A stretch of 43,801 nucleotides of DNA from Chitinophagaceae bacterium (GCA_947461495.1 CANHLV010000001.1:1-43801), one strand, 5' to 3'; shown: positions 1 to 9,926, numbered from the stretch's first letter. Program-made: numbers and translations. The notes: generated from the sequence alone by a model not told the origin.

Positions 1-225
1 CCGTCTTTATTGCCTTTTTTCCTTTCATCACGATTCCAACTGCAAAATCCGGGTTAAACTAATTTATATTAAGCTGTATTTTCAAATCATTTCATCATGA
101 TGCGTTAATAATATGCGGATGTACTGTGTTGTAAAATGACTCATATATTTCTTTAACAACACGATATTCAATTCGATGATTTGTTTGTGTTCATTCTAAT
201 TATATTAGCCAATAATTTAGAAAAA

Positions 226-897
226 ATGGAATTCAATTTTTTAATTCATTCTCCCTTGCAAATTAAGAATGGTTTGCTTGATTTTTATCTTGAAGCAGGT
301 TGGTACAGATATGGAAATAAAATATTTACAATTGATTTTTTTGAAGAGAACGAAAATTTATATCGGGTTTTCTGGCTTAGATATAATATTTCCAAATTAA
401 AGCTTAGTGAAACAAATGAAAAAATTATTAGAAAAAACAAACGCTTCACCTTTAAAATAAAACCATTTCAGAATTCGGAATTACTGGAAGCATTACATGC
501 TATGTATTTTAAGGACATTGATTTTATAACCGCTACAACTATTGATGAATTAATGGAAGATGTTAATGGAAATGTTTTTAACTCTATGATGATTGAAATA
601 AGCGATAAGGAAAAATTAATTGCAGTTGGAATATTTGATTATGGGAATAATAGTATTGCTGGCATTAAAAACATCTTTCATCCTGAATATAAAAAATATA
701 GTTTGGGTAAATATTTGATGATTCTGAAATGTCAGTATTGTTTAGAAAACAACATAGACTGGTATTATCCGGGATATTTTGCACCGGGACATAAAAAATT
801 TGATTATAAACTAACGCTTGATATGGAAGCAACAGAAGTGTGTGTAGGAGAAAACAGACAATGGGTTGCTTATCGTGATTTTATTTCGAATGGTTAA
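226..897 (+). CDS. Arginyl/leucyl-tRNA-protein transferase (ATE/Bpt-like, N-degron pathway)
   Basis: N-terminal YLEAGWYRYG; C-terminal KLIAVGIFD...FHPEYKKYSLGKYLMI...WYYPGY...KFDYK matches the ATE_C pattern. ATG at 226 preferred over TTG at 181. The 3' end overlaps the convergent gene by 17 bp. Confidence 0.75.
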   Translation: MEFNFLIHSPLQIKNGLLDFYLEAGWYRYGNKIFTIDFFEENENLYRVFWLRYNISKLKLSETNEKIIRKNKRFTFKIKPFQNSELLEALHAMYFKDIDFITATTIDELMEDVNGNVFNSMMIEISDKEKLIAVGIFDYGNNSIAGIKNIFHPEYKKYSLGKYLMILKCQYCLENNIDWYYPGYFAPGHKKFDYKLTLDMEATEVCVGENRQWVAYRDFISNG

Positions 898-2821
898 CGA
901 TTAGTTTTGTGGAAACAGATAATCCATTATCTGTACTCATATTAATTATATAGATTCCCTTTGATAAACAAGTTGTGTTAATATTGATACTGTTGTTTCC
1001 GTTAATTAATTGTTTAGCAAATCGATTTATTTTTCTTCCTGCCTCATCATACAAAACAATATTGCATTTGCCAGAATATTTACTAAAGAGAATAATCTCA
1101 GTAAATTCAACTGCTGGATTGGGAAAAACGGATTGAATAGAAAGCGCTGATGTTTCATCAAACTTTATTATTGCTATATTGCTGTATTTATAGTTGCCAT
1201 CAACATCCAATTGTTTTAGCCTGTAATAATTATTACCAATTAAAGGCATATTGTCTTGAAAATAATATTGCAACGTTGTGTTACTGTTGCCATTAACTGA
1301 TTTGGAATTAACCTTTCCAATTTTTGAAAAAAGCAATCTGTCTGAAGCTCTTTCAATGTCAAAACCAGTACAATTAATTTCAGAAACGGTTGTCCAATTT
1401 AAATCGCAAGTGTTAGATTTTTTTGTTACTGTAAAGTTTTTCATAGCAACAGGAAGCACACCAAATGGAGTAATAGCCTGTGCATAAACAATATTTTCCA
1501 CCCCTCTGTTTTCCGACCAAACAGCAACAGACTGATTGTTTACACAAGTGGTAAAAGCAAACCTTCCTTTAGGCGAACCGGGTCCTGCAGTAGTTGAGCT
1601 TAACTCAACACGATTGCCTGGCCAAACAAAATCTCCATTAGCATCCAATCGAGTTGCATATATTTTGTAATCAACATCATAAATTGAAAAAAAGGGAGCA
1701 TCATTAAAAAGGGATAAGGAGCCAGCAAGAGATTCAAAAGAAGCGCTTATTGGAAAAACTTCTTTACCAATTGAATTCAATAATACCGTACCGGCTGCGG
1801 TATCAAATTTTTGTACAAAGACACCATATTGACTTTGTGCGGAATTGGAGTATGTGCAGGCGGACCAGATATAAGGTGATGCGGTTGCGTGCGCGATTGA
1901 TGTTGTTTGTTGATATGGATCAGAAGCGCCATTATAAGTAGAAAAGGCGCTACCGTTGATTCCCCAGGGAAGCGTTCCATCATCTTTAATTTTTTGTAAA
2001 AACGAATTAAACCTGAAGCCTACACTCGAATAATAGCCATAGTAAGTTGTGTTTCCAATAGTAAGAATTGAATAATATCTAGCAGCGGAAGTAGTTTGAT
2101 TTGATAATTGAACCGGAGAGGCCCAAAGCGCAACACCGCTTGTGTTATAGCGTTGAGCATAAAGTGTAGTAGAGATGCCGAAGCTTTTTTTCTGGAATAC
2201 AGTTGTGAAATCGCCATTGGGATGACAAACAATTTGACCTCTTGTTGTATTACTTGTTCCTACGTTTATGCTTATCGGTGAGGACCACATTGTTATGCCG
2301 GCATTACTTACTTTTTGGACTCTCAAAGTTGATGGACTGTTGTTATTCCAGCAAACCACCACATCGTTTGTTTTATTGATAGCTGGATAAGGTGCCAATC
2401 CTTCGCCAAGAACCACTCCGTTTCCCCAAGGCAAAGTGCCATCTGTATTTACTTTTGAAACAACAGCAGACAACACACCTGATACTTCATATTGATAACC
2501 GATAATCAGACTATTATTCCCATCAATACAAACATTAAATACAAATGTAGCTGAGCCAGAAGTTTGATTTGAAACTAACATGCCATCTGGCCCCAATAAT
2601 TTATTTCCATTAACATCTAATAGTTGAGCACGCATATCATAGTTTCCGCCATTGTTGCTATAAAATGCAATCCATGTTTTACCATCACTTGTGGTTGCGG
2701 TTTGCAAATCATCGCCATTAAGGCTAGAAACAGCAAGGTTTATAAATGTGTTCGGATTCCACTGAGAATATGCGCATGATGTTAGAAGAAAAAATAATGA
2801 AGCAAGAAAATAATTTTTCAT
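881..2821 (-). CDS. Secreted beta-rich protein with T9SS type A C-terminal sorting domain
   Basis: Signal peptide MKNYFLASLFFLLTSCAYSQ; repeated W-G-x-x-G beta segments; 'VLPV..NF...LNWTTVSEIN..GFDIER...YYRLKQLDVDG' Ig-like module; CTD 'VFPNPA...LSKGIYII...TKLIV'. Confidence 0.85.
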   Translation of the reverse strand: MKNYFLASLFFLLTSCAYSQWNPNTFINLAVSSLNGDDLQTATTSDGKTWIAFYSNNGGNYDMRAQLLDVNGNKLLGPDGMLVSNQTSGSATFVFNVCIDGNNSLIIGYQYEVSGVLSAVVSKVNTDGTLPWGNGVVLGEGLAPYPAINKTNDVVVCWNNNSPSTLRVQKVSNAGITMWSSPISINVGTSNTTRGQIVCHPNGDFTTVFQKKSFGISTTLYAQRYNTSGVALWASPVQLSNQTTSAARYYSILTIGNTTYYGYYSSVGFRFNSFLQKIKDDGTLPWGINGSAFSTYNGASDPYQQTTSIAHATASPYIWSACTYSNSAQSQYGVFVQKFDTAAGTVLLNSIGKEVFPISASFESLAGSLSLFNDAPFFSIYDVDYKIYATRLDANGDFVWPGNRVELSSTTAGPGSPKGRFAFTTCVNNQSVAVWSENRGVENIVYAQAITPFGVLPVAMKNFTVTKKSNTCDLNWTTVSEINCTGFDIERASDRLLFSKIGKVNSKSVNGNSNTTLQYYFQDNMPLIGNNYYRLKQLDVDGNYKYSNIAIIKFDETSALSIQSVFPNPAVEFTEIILFSKYSGKCNIVLYDEAGRKINRFAKQLINGNNSININTTCLSKGIYIINMSTDNGLSVSTKLIVNHSK

Positions 2822-2920
2822 AAAAAGCAAGTTTGTCTTTTAAAAGAAGTCATAAAAATAACCTAAATCAATAGGAAAAAGTTAATTATTACAAGTCAAT
2901 TGACTGATGTTAATCAATAA

Positions 2921-3484
2921 TCAAATAGCAACAAATCCTCTGAATCCCCTGCCGCCGTAATAAGAACCTGCGCCATTATGATAAACAAAGACGGTGTTGA
3001 AACGAAAATCACCAAAAATGGCACCTCCAAGTTTTCTTATGTATGAAGGAGTATTTAACCAACTGGATGTTTTCGAATCAAATTTGCCAAGTGTTTGTAA
3101 AAAACGGTATTGTGTTTCATTTAAAATTTCTATACCTATTTCATCTGCCATATCTTTTGCTGAGTTAGCGGGCTTTAATTCTTTTCTGGAATTCAGACCT
3201 TCGCGGTCATAACAAAGGCTTCTTCTTGCTGAAGGACTTTCTGCTGCACAATCAAAAAAAAGGCAAGCACCTGTTTTTTCATCTATACCAACAACATCTG
3301 GCTCTCCACCTGTTCTTTCCATTTCGTGAATTGTCCAAAGTTTTTCTTTATTGAATTCGAGTCTTTTTTGTACGAGAGACCAATCAATATCTTTGTGGCG
3401 ATTGTTATTTTTTTCAAATCTTTCTTTTAAGGTTTGAAGTAAAGTTTTTTCAAGAGAAGCAGTCAATGTTTTTAATTTACCCAT
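2921..3484 (-). CDS. DUF4256 family protein
   Basis: Motifs MERTGGEPDVV, RRSLCYDREG, TSSWL.TP..IRKLGGAIFGD and YHNGAGSYY..RGFRG. Confidence 0.85.
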   Translation of the reverse strand: MGKLKTLTASLEKTLLQTLKERFEKNNNRHKDIDWSLVQKRLEFNKEKLWTIHEMERTGGEPDVVGIDEKTGACLFFDCAAESPSARRSLCYDREGLNSRKELKPANSAKDMADEIGIEILNETQYRFLQTLGKFDSKTSSWLNTPSYIRKLGGAIFGDFRFNTVFVYHNGAGSYYGGRGFRGFVAI

Positions 3485-3538
3485 AATATTTAAATAAAGA
3501 AGTCGAGATGTTGGTACAAAATCAACGGACAGAGAATA

Positions 3539-5065
3539 TCAAACGATTTGTTTTAATAATTCCGGTTTTTCATTATATAGATGAAGAATCAGTTCGCCAA
3601 AAATCGTATTTGCCCATGCGAACCAGCTTCTTGAAAAATCATTTGGATTGTCAACATGAAATGATTCATGGATAAACCCGGTACCCGCATGCGTTTTTTT
3701 CAGTATCGACAAACAAGCAATAATTTCATTATCATTGTTACTTGTAAGCGCTTGCATCACCAAACCAAGAGGCCATATTTTTTTTTCTCCGACATGGGGT
3801 CCGCCAATTCCTTTTGCGAATTTACCTTCATTAAACCAGGGATTAGATTCGCTCAATGAAAAATTTCTTGTATTAAGATACAATTCATTATCAGATGAAC
3901 AATAACCGAGGTAAGGTAAAGAAAGCAAATTGGGCACATTGGCATCGTCCATGAATAGTGCATTTCCAAAACCATCTATTTCAAGGGGGTGTATCTTGCC
4001 CGCGGTAGGGTGATGATGTGTTGCATGTTTTTTTATGGAAAGCTCTAACTCTTCAGCAAATATTTTACATTCATTTGCCAATTCAGCATTACCTACAACA
4101 GTGGAAAAAATCGACGAAAGCTGCCGCAATGAAACAACAGCAAACATGTTTGAAGAAATTAAAAAAGGAAAAACAGTAGCATCATCTGAAGGACGAAACA
4201 TTGAATGAATGAGTCCGATTTTTTTTGTTGGATTACCATAACCCCCGCCAAATTGAGTATCGGTAGGATTTGCGGCATTCCTTTGAAAATGATAAGGACC
4301 TTTATTATTGAGTCGTTGTTGTTCTCTGAAGGTTTTTATAATCAACTTCATAGCGTCTTGCCAACGGGTATTAAATATAGAAACATCGCCTGTATTTTTC
4401 CAGTAACCATGCGCCAAACGAATAACATAACAAAGCGAATCAATTTCCCATTTACATTCGTGAACTCCGGGCTTCATGGTAGTATAATCATCTTTCCATT
4501 CGCTAATACGTTTTGGATCGTTGTAAAAAGCATTTGCATATGGCTCGAGAAGTACGAATTCGCTCTGCTTGGCTATTACTCCTTTTAAAAGCTTTTTTAA
4601 TTTTTCATCAGCATTGGCAAGAGGGAGATAGGGCCATACTTGAGCAGAGGAGTCTCGCAGCCACATGGCATCAATATCTCCTGTGATTACATATGTAAAA
4701 GGCTCTCCGTTTATTTCAGTATAGGTGACCGTTGTATCCAATGTGTTAGGAAAACAATTTTCAAACATCCAAGCCAATTCTTTATCCGCCATCACTGATT
4801 TTACTTTTACAATTGTATCCTCAACCGCTTTACTTGTAAATTTTCTGTTTGAAAGCGCTGGCCTGTTGGAAATAAAAAAACCATCTGCAGAAATATTTTG
4901 TTTTACTGTTTTCATGTCATTGGTTGACTTATTAGGTTTACCCACTGTTTTCTTATTTTCACTCAATCTTCCAATAATCTTAGATTTTGCAATTGAAGAA
5001 AAACCGTTAGTCAATAAGAAGGAAATGATTCCTGCTTTTTTTATAAAATCTCTACGGTGCGACAT
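3539..5065 (-). CDS. Glycoside hydrolase family 125 (exo-alpha-1,6-mannosidase-like), Tat-exported
   Basis: Twin-arginine signal SHRRDFIKK; motifs FENCFPNTLDTT, ITGDIDAMWLRDS, KWEIDSL, FRPSDDA, MDDANVPNLLSLPY, HESF...WFAWAN. Confidence 0.92.
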   Translation of the reverse strand: MSHRRDFIKKAGIISFLLTNGFSSIAKSKIIGRLSENKKTVGKPNKSTNDMKTVKQNISADGFFISNRPALSNRKFTSKAVEDTIVKVKSVMADKELAWMFENCFPNTLDTTVTYTEINGEPFTYVITGDIDAMWLRDSSAQVWPYLPLANADEKLKKLLKGVIAKQSEFVLLEPYANAFYNDPKRISEWKDDYTTMKPGVHECKWEIDSLCYVIRLAHGYWKNTGDVSIFNTRWQDAMKLIIKTFREQQRLNNKGPYHFQRNAANPTDTQFGGGYGNPTKKIGLIHSMFRPSDDATVFPFLISSNMFAVVSLRQLSSIFSTVVGNAELANECKIFAEELELSIKKHATHHHPTAGKIHPLEIDGFGNALFMDDANVPNLLSLPYLGYCSSDNELYLNTRNFSLSESNPWFNEGKFAKGIGGPHVGEKKIWPLGLVMQALTSNNDNEIIACLSILKKTHAGTGFIHESFHVDNPNDFSRSWFAWANTIFGELILHLYNEKPELLKQIV

Positions 5066-5149
5066 GGTATTAAATGTGAATTAGTCAATAAAAATCCGAA
5101 AGTTATTTAATAAAAACATTTTATCAGAAGTGAAAAAGAGGAATATATT

Positions 5150-5743
5150 TTATTCGTGCAACCAATTGAACCAAACTTTTTGATCAATCAGCGGTATATT
5201 GTTTTGTTTACAAACGTTCATAGTGTGACCAGTTCCACCAGTCATTGGGTTTTCTAAATCGTCATAGAATATCCCAAAGCTTGCCGGTAAGATTTCATTC
5301 GTACCAATAGCTTTTATTGTATCGCGAATAATGTAAGCTGCTTTAATGGTAAATTTATTTTTATCGCCAGCTACAAACTTATCAATTAATTTTTCTGTTT
5401 TTTTATTGTTTTTTGATTGCATCACCACTTCGCGATCTGATGCAATTTTAATATCATCCAATGATATGGTATTATATGCTTTATTGGTTTTTTGTCGGTG
5501 CCCAGAATAGGGAATAATAACTTGCAATCTTTTATAATCAATAGCCGCAACACCCTCAGAAAAGAATTGATCTGAGCCTTCGGCATTGCCACTTCTAAAA
5601 ATCATTTTTGAGGTTCGAGTGGCTAATAGTTTTCCTAAAGAAAAAAGTTTATGCTGATCTTTTGTCAATACACTTCTTTTTCCCTCAAGAAGTACGATGG
5701 TGTTTTCTGTATCGAATTTTGAAATGAAATCGTTGAGTGTCAT
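5150..5743 (-). CDS. Stand-alone SLOG-superfamily (DprA/Smf-like Rossmannoid) protein
   Basis: VLLEGKR...FRSGNAEGSDQFFSEG...TGGTGHTMNVCKQNNIPL follows the SLOG G-x-R / SGxAxGxD / GGT pattern; only 197 aa. Confidence 0.65.
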   Translation of the reverse strand: MTLNDFISKFDTENTIVLLEGKRSVLTKDQHKLFSLGKLLATRTSKMIFRSGNAEGSDQFFSEGVAAIDYKRLQVIIPYSGHRQKTNKAYNTISLDDIKIASDREVVMQSKNNKKTEKLIDKFVAGDKNKFTIKAAYIIRDTIKAIGTNEILPASFGIFYDDLENPMTGGTGHTMNVCKQNNIPLIDQKVWFNWLHE

Positions 5744-5864
5744 TAAGTTTTTTGCATTTTGTTAAACAAGATACTTTATTGTTAAGTATGAAATAAACCT
5801 CGTTAATGAAAAACTATAGTTAATTATTCTAAAGAAAGGCAATATGTGGATGTTTATTGGGCCT

Positions 5865-5909
5865 GCTGGATAGGCTAGATAGGCTAGATAGGCTAGATAG
5901 GCTGGATAA
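5865..5909. repeat. 9-bp tandem repeat (GCTRGATAG x5)
   Basis: gctggatag gctagatag gctagatag gctagatag gctggataa, intergenic. Confidence 0.9.
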
Positions 5910-5967
5910 GTGGCAAGAACTCGGTAAAATAATTTTTTTAATATAGTGATTTTAAAAAATCATTTCA

Positions 5968-6489
5968 CTAATCTACTTCCCGTGTAAAATAATAAATAAG
6001 ACTATAATCCCAGCTTGTTTGATTTCCGTTAGGATAGGAATTGCCCTGTGTAATAATTAGGGTTTTATTATTTTTTGTCATAACCATCGGTCCGTTGATG
6101 ATGTTGCCGACGCTGTCTTTTATAAATCTTGAATCTCCTAAATAAAAAAGCTTTTTCAATTCAGAAGTTGTAAAAATGTCGTTGCCGCTTCGCAATACAC
6201 AAATATTATTGAAATCGCTTCGGTGCATTTTGACGCTTGATGATGCGCTATTATAACCAATTACTGTTTGCCAACCTTTTTTGTAAGAGCAGATGAACTT
6301 CCATTTGAAATTATTGTTTGTATCATGTGTAATCGAGTCTGTTTTTGAAAACTTGGCATCAATGTTTTTAATGATGAACATATATTCATTGAAATCAATT
6401 GGATTGGTTATTAAGCTGTCGTTATTATTGAATTGTGAAAAACAATTTTGAAAAGAAAAGAAAAGAAATATTGAGAAAATCTTTTTCAT
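5968..6489 (-). CDS. Hypothetical secreted protein
   Basis: Signal peptide MKKIFSIFLFFSFQNCFSQ; no family recognised. Confidence 0.7.
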   Translation of the reverse strand: MKKIFSIFLFFSFQNCFSQFNNNDSLITNPIDFNEYMFIIKNIDAKFSKTDSITHDTNNNFKWKFICSYKKGWQTVIGYNSASSSVKMHRSDFNNICVLRSGNDIFTTSELKKLFYLGDSRFIKDSVGNIINGPMVMTKNNKTLIITQGNSYPNGNQTSWDYSLIYYFTREVD

Positions 6490-6550
6490 TAAACAGAAAA
6501 ATGAATCAGCAAAATAGAAACAAACCTATTCATGTAATGTTAACTACGAA

Positions 6551-7258
6551 TTAGGGTTTAATTTTTGATACAGCGTCAAGGGCTCCGTTGCTGTAAATAT
6601 TAAGATTGATAAATTGCCCTTGAATTGTCCCATCTCCAGTCATATAAAAACCATTGATAGTAACGGGCTTCATAGTTACTGTTTGTGCCTGGCAATTAAC
6701 ATCAAGTGTTACAGGAAAACTTGTAAGGTTAGTAACAACCAATTGTCCCAGATTGTTGTAAGAACAGCTGATATTTCTATATAACAGGTTTCCATTTATT
6801 TGGTAAGTAATTTCTCCGTTAATATGATTTATAAAATTATAGCCACAATTAGGTGCATATACCAACTGAATGGTTTTATACTGAGGTGTATAGTTGTTTA
6901 CATTGAATACAGACATTCTAAGTTCACAGGGATATATTCCGGGTGTTGCTCCTAATTGATTGAAAGTAATATTAAAAGACTGTTGCTGATTTGATCGAAT
7001 AACCAAATCTTGATTGTTGTCAGAAAAAGAACCATTCAATCCTGATAAACTAGCGCCAAATTCTCTGTCCTCTGTGCATTGAACACCAACTGCCAAGGGC
7101 TTGTTTCCGCTATACTCAAATAAAATAGTATCAGGAGCAGAAAAAGTAAAAACAACAGGTTGTGGATTTGTGTCGGTGCTAGTTTTTTTACAAGACTCAA
7201 AAGATATAAATATGCAAATAAGGTATATCCAAACAATAGATTTGTTTAAGTGATTCAT
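6551..7258 (-). CDS. Hypothetical lipoprotein (beta-rich)
   Basis: Lipobox FESC followed by KK; TATCTTTG promoter-like motif upstream at 7344-7351 (minus). Confidence 0.75.
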   Translation of the reverse strand: MNHLNKSIVWIYLICIFISFESCKKTSTDTNPQPVVFTFSAPDTILFEYSGNKPLAVGVQCTEDREFGASLSGLNGSFSDNNQDLVIRSNQQQSFNITFNQLGATPGIYPCELRMSVFNVNNYTPQYKTIQLVYAPNCGYNFINHINGEITYQINGNLLYRNISCSYNNLGQLVVTNLTSFPVTLDVNCQAQTVTMKPVTINGFYMTGDGTIQGQFINLNIYSNGALDAVSKIKP

Positions 7259-7477
7259 TTAATATTTAATGATTGTTGAGGCTTAAAAATAAAACAATTA
7301 TTGACAATTTGTAGAAATGTCATTTGAAATCAGGCTATTTCCGCAAAGATATTATTTCAAAAATTATTTTAAAAAGGGTGTACGATACGCAATTTCCATC
7401 TGCCTAACAAATTTGAATAAGCAAATCCAAATAAGATACATGTGATTTTGGAGAAGATTTGTTGCTTTGGTAATTGC

Positions 7478-7505
7478 TGTCGTAATATTGCGATATTGCA
7501 ATATC
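7478..7505. repeat. Truncated copy of the ATATTGCA palindromic element
   Basis: tgtcgtaatattgcgatattgcaatatc matches the first ~27 nt of 8530-8563 with one substitution. Confidence 0.8.
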
Positions 7506-7543
7506 AAAAAAAGCCCCCCAAATAAAAAACAAATCTAGACCCA

Positions 7544-8230
7544 TCAAAACCCATAAACAACCAATCGTTCTTTGTATTCTCCCTTTTCAATTCTCCATAT
7601 CACTTCATAACTTCCGGCGCCATCGCTGTTCATGCTTTGAATATAGATGACATCGTTAACATAGTCAAAAGTCGCTGTGGGCGAAAACATATTCGGTTCG
7701 TATAGTCCTTGAAGAGCGGCAAAAGGAACTGTGTTTGTTTTTTTACCATGGCTGATGACAATTTTTTCATATTGTGAGGAAGGCATACCACCGTCTTTAC
7801 CCCAATATTTTTTATTGTCTATCAGATTAATTTGGTCTGGATAATCTTTCAAATATTTAAAATGGTGTTTTTTCTTATCAAACGAAGCGCTAGTCAGCGT
7901 TATTGAAATGGAATCTTTTTTTAAAACAATTTTATTTCCTGTTTGCTTGTAAACAGGAATATTGATGTAATCGTCAACGGGATTGTATTTGTCTTTATAG
8001 ATGTATCCGTTGCATTCTTTATTATTTAGTGTATAATCGATATTGGTCCAGTTGCCTTTGTTTTCGAAACAATAGATCAAATGGCCAGTGTTCAGCTTGT
8101 TGATAATTTTGCTTTTGATGTCGGCATCTTCTCTTACATTCACATAACCATCATTATCAGTTACTATAGCAAACTGTGCCGAGGAATGTAAACAACAACA
8201 AATAAGAAAACTCGATAAAACAGATTTCAT
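7544..8230 (-). CDS. Secreted SH3b-domain protein
   Basis: Likely start MKSVLSSFLICCCLHSSAQ (ATG 8230); 'DNDGYVNVRE..DIKSKII..L..G...NW' is a bacterial SH3 pattern; C-terminal NSDGAGSYEVIW. Confidence 0.75.
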   Translation of the reverse strand: MKSVLSSFLICCCLHSSAQFAIVTDNDGYVNVREDADIKSKIINKLNTGHLIYCFENKGNWTNIDYTLNNKECNGYIYKDKYNPVDDYINIPVYKQTGNKIVLKKDSISITLTSASFDKKKHHFKYLKDYPDQINLIDNKKYWGKDGGMPSSQYEKIVISHGKKTNTVPFAALQGLYEPNMFSPTATFDYVNDVIYIQSMNSDGAGSYEVIWRIEKGEYKERLVVYGF

Positions 8231-8234
8231 ATGC

Positions 8235-8519
8235 ATTACATGTTGAGATAAATAATTTTGTTCATCACAATATTTTAAAACCGCCTCGCATTTTACAGAA
8301 CTGTAAAAATCATTTTTATCGTTTTTAAATGATACAACATTGTTTTTCAACTTCTTCAAACTTGATGTTTCCGTTTGGGCCTTACTTTATATATTTCCAT
8401 TTTGAAGTCATCCAATCACTGATGAGAAAAGCAGATTTTGATTGTGCGAAAGCAGATATTGTGCATAAAAACAAACCTGCTATAATGAAAACAATTTTAT
8501 AGTTAACAGATTGATTTAT
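8235..8519 (-). pseudogene. Probable decayed secreted-protein gene
   Basis: Minus strand reads INQSVNYKIVFIIAGLFLCTISAFAQSKSAFLISDWMTSKWKYIK*GPNGNIKFEEVEKQCCII*: a signal-peptide-like segment ending AFA-Q, no ATG, internal stop. Confidence 0.4.
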
Positions 8520-8529
8520 ATTTTATTGT

Positions 8530-8563
8530 TGTCGTAATATTGCAATATTGCAATATTACGACA
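8530..8563. repeat. Perfect 34-bp palindrome with internal 8-bp periodicity
   Basis: TGTCGTAATATTGCAATATTGCAATATTACGACA equals its own reverse complement. Confidence 0.95.
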
Positions 8564-8620
8564 GAAGCAATTTTATTCCATTATTAAAGTTCCTTTTAAG
8601 GCAATTAGTGGTGCAAATAA

Positions 8621-8686
8621 TTGGTCGGGCGATAAGCGCCAATGAGGAAAGATTATACTCCAATTAGGAGACCGGCGCTAATTGAG
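8621..8686 (-). repeat. Two degenerate REP-like (GGCGCCGGTCTCC family) copies; hairpin CAATTAG-N10-CTAATTG
   Basis: Minus strand: ctcaattagcgccggtctcctaattg and ctcattggcgcttatcgcccgacc, just downstream of the M48 gene. Confidence 0.6.
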
Positions 8687-8699
8687 AAGGGGACTAAAA

Positions 8700-9497
8700 T
8701 TAATCTAATGCATTTTCTTTCAATAATTTCCAACTTGATTCGCTTAATGCAGGTTTTGTTTTTTTTATTTTATTCTTGCTATATTCTAAAATATACTCTG
8801 CTCTTTTTTTAGAATCAGGATGTGTGTTGAGCCAGCCTTCATAAGTTGATTCGTCTGCTTTGTTTTCAGCGAGTTTGTATAAAAATTCGGCAAGTGGTTC
8901 GGGGTTGATTTTTGCATTTATCATATATTCTACAGCACTAATGTCCGCCTCCTTCTCTAATTTTCTATCAAATGCAGATGAAGAAAGTATTTTAGAAACT
9001 TGTTTTATCGTTTCACCACCTCCATTTCCAGATGTCATTGAAATCAGAACAGACAAGCCCACTTCTTTAATTAATTTTTTCATCACATGGTCAAGCTCTA
9101 TATGAGAAATTTCATGAGACAAAACACCGGCCAATTCATCCGGGTTATCGCAAGCCGTTATCAATCCGCTATAAACAACCAAATGTCCGCCTGGCATTGC
9201 GAAGGCATTGATGTCGTCTTTGATGATGATGTGAATTTTGATAGTTTCTCGATTGATATTGTTTTTGGAACAAATTCTATCAACGATACTATCAATTGCA
9301 TTTACTGCTTTTTCGTCTTTATTTTCTTTCTCTGTTTTTTTATACAAATCCCAAACTGCTTTTCCGATTTTAATTTCAGTATCATCGGTCAGTTTTTCAA
9401 TTTTAAATGCCGACATCCAGTTGATATTGCTTAGCAAAAACCATAGACCGAAAAAAAGGACCACCAATACAACAAATTGAAAGATAATTTTTTTCAT
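8700..9497 (-). CDS. M48 family zinc metallopeptidase
   Basis: INAFAMPGG, ELAGVLSHEISH (HExxH), EKEAD, WLNTHP; N-terminal membrane anchor. Confidence 0.92.
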   Translation of the reverse strand: MKKIIFQFVVLVVLFFGLWFLLSNINWMSAFKIEKLTDDTEIKIGKAVWDLYKKTEKENKDEKAVNAIDSIVDRICSKNNINRETIKIHIIIKDDINAFAMPGGHLVVYSGLITACDNPDELAGVLSHEISHIELDHVMKKLIKEVGLSVLISMTSGNGGGETIKQVSKILSSSAFDRKLEKEADISAVEYMINAKINPEPLAEFLYKLAENKADESTYEGWLNTHPDSKKRAEYILEYSKNKIKKTKPALSESSWKLLKENALD

Positions 9498-9498
9498 A

Positions 9499-9924
9499 TC
9501 AGGCTTTACAAATTAAGTTGGTGAGATTTCCGTAAAAAAACCATTTAACATGAATGCCTTTTCTGGTTTGAACAGCCGAGTAAATGGTGGCAATAAATTC
9601 ACTAATATTGAAAATCAAAATGGTGATGATATAGCCAATATATTTGCTGCTAATTGTTTCCGGACCAAACATGATGGAGATGGTCCACCAGAATCCGAAA
9701 CTGTTCATAAAAAGCAATGAGAACTGAGATAGTAATGCTTGAGTACAATGCCATCTTACAAAATAAGTCCCTTTGCGATTGCCGATAAAAAAGATAACAG
9801 AAGCAATCAGGTTGATGATGGGCAAAGGCATACCTGCAATTAAAGCAATAAGAGACATCAGATAACTGTTGGAAGCTTTTTCCGCTTCATGTTCGCTTGG
9901 CTGGTAATCAAATTTATTTTCCAT
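9499..9924 (-). CDS. DUF4870-like membrane protein
   Basis: Three hydrophobic segments with 'FVRWHCTQAL'; ATG at 9924 directly follows the upstream stop. Confidence 0.7.
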   Translation of the reverse strand: MENKFDYQPSEHEAEKASNSYLMSLIALIAGMPLPIINLIASVIFFIGNRKGTYFVRWHCTQALLSQFSLLFMNSFGFWWTISIMFGPETISSKYIGYIITILIFNISEFIATIYSAVQTRKGIHVKWFFYGNLTNLICKA

Positions 9925-9926
9925 AA

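Noticed and set aside
1-28. Possible N-terminus of a minus-strand gene (MKGKKAIKT...)
   Set aside because: Only nine codons are visible, too little to support a call.
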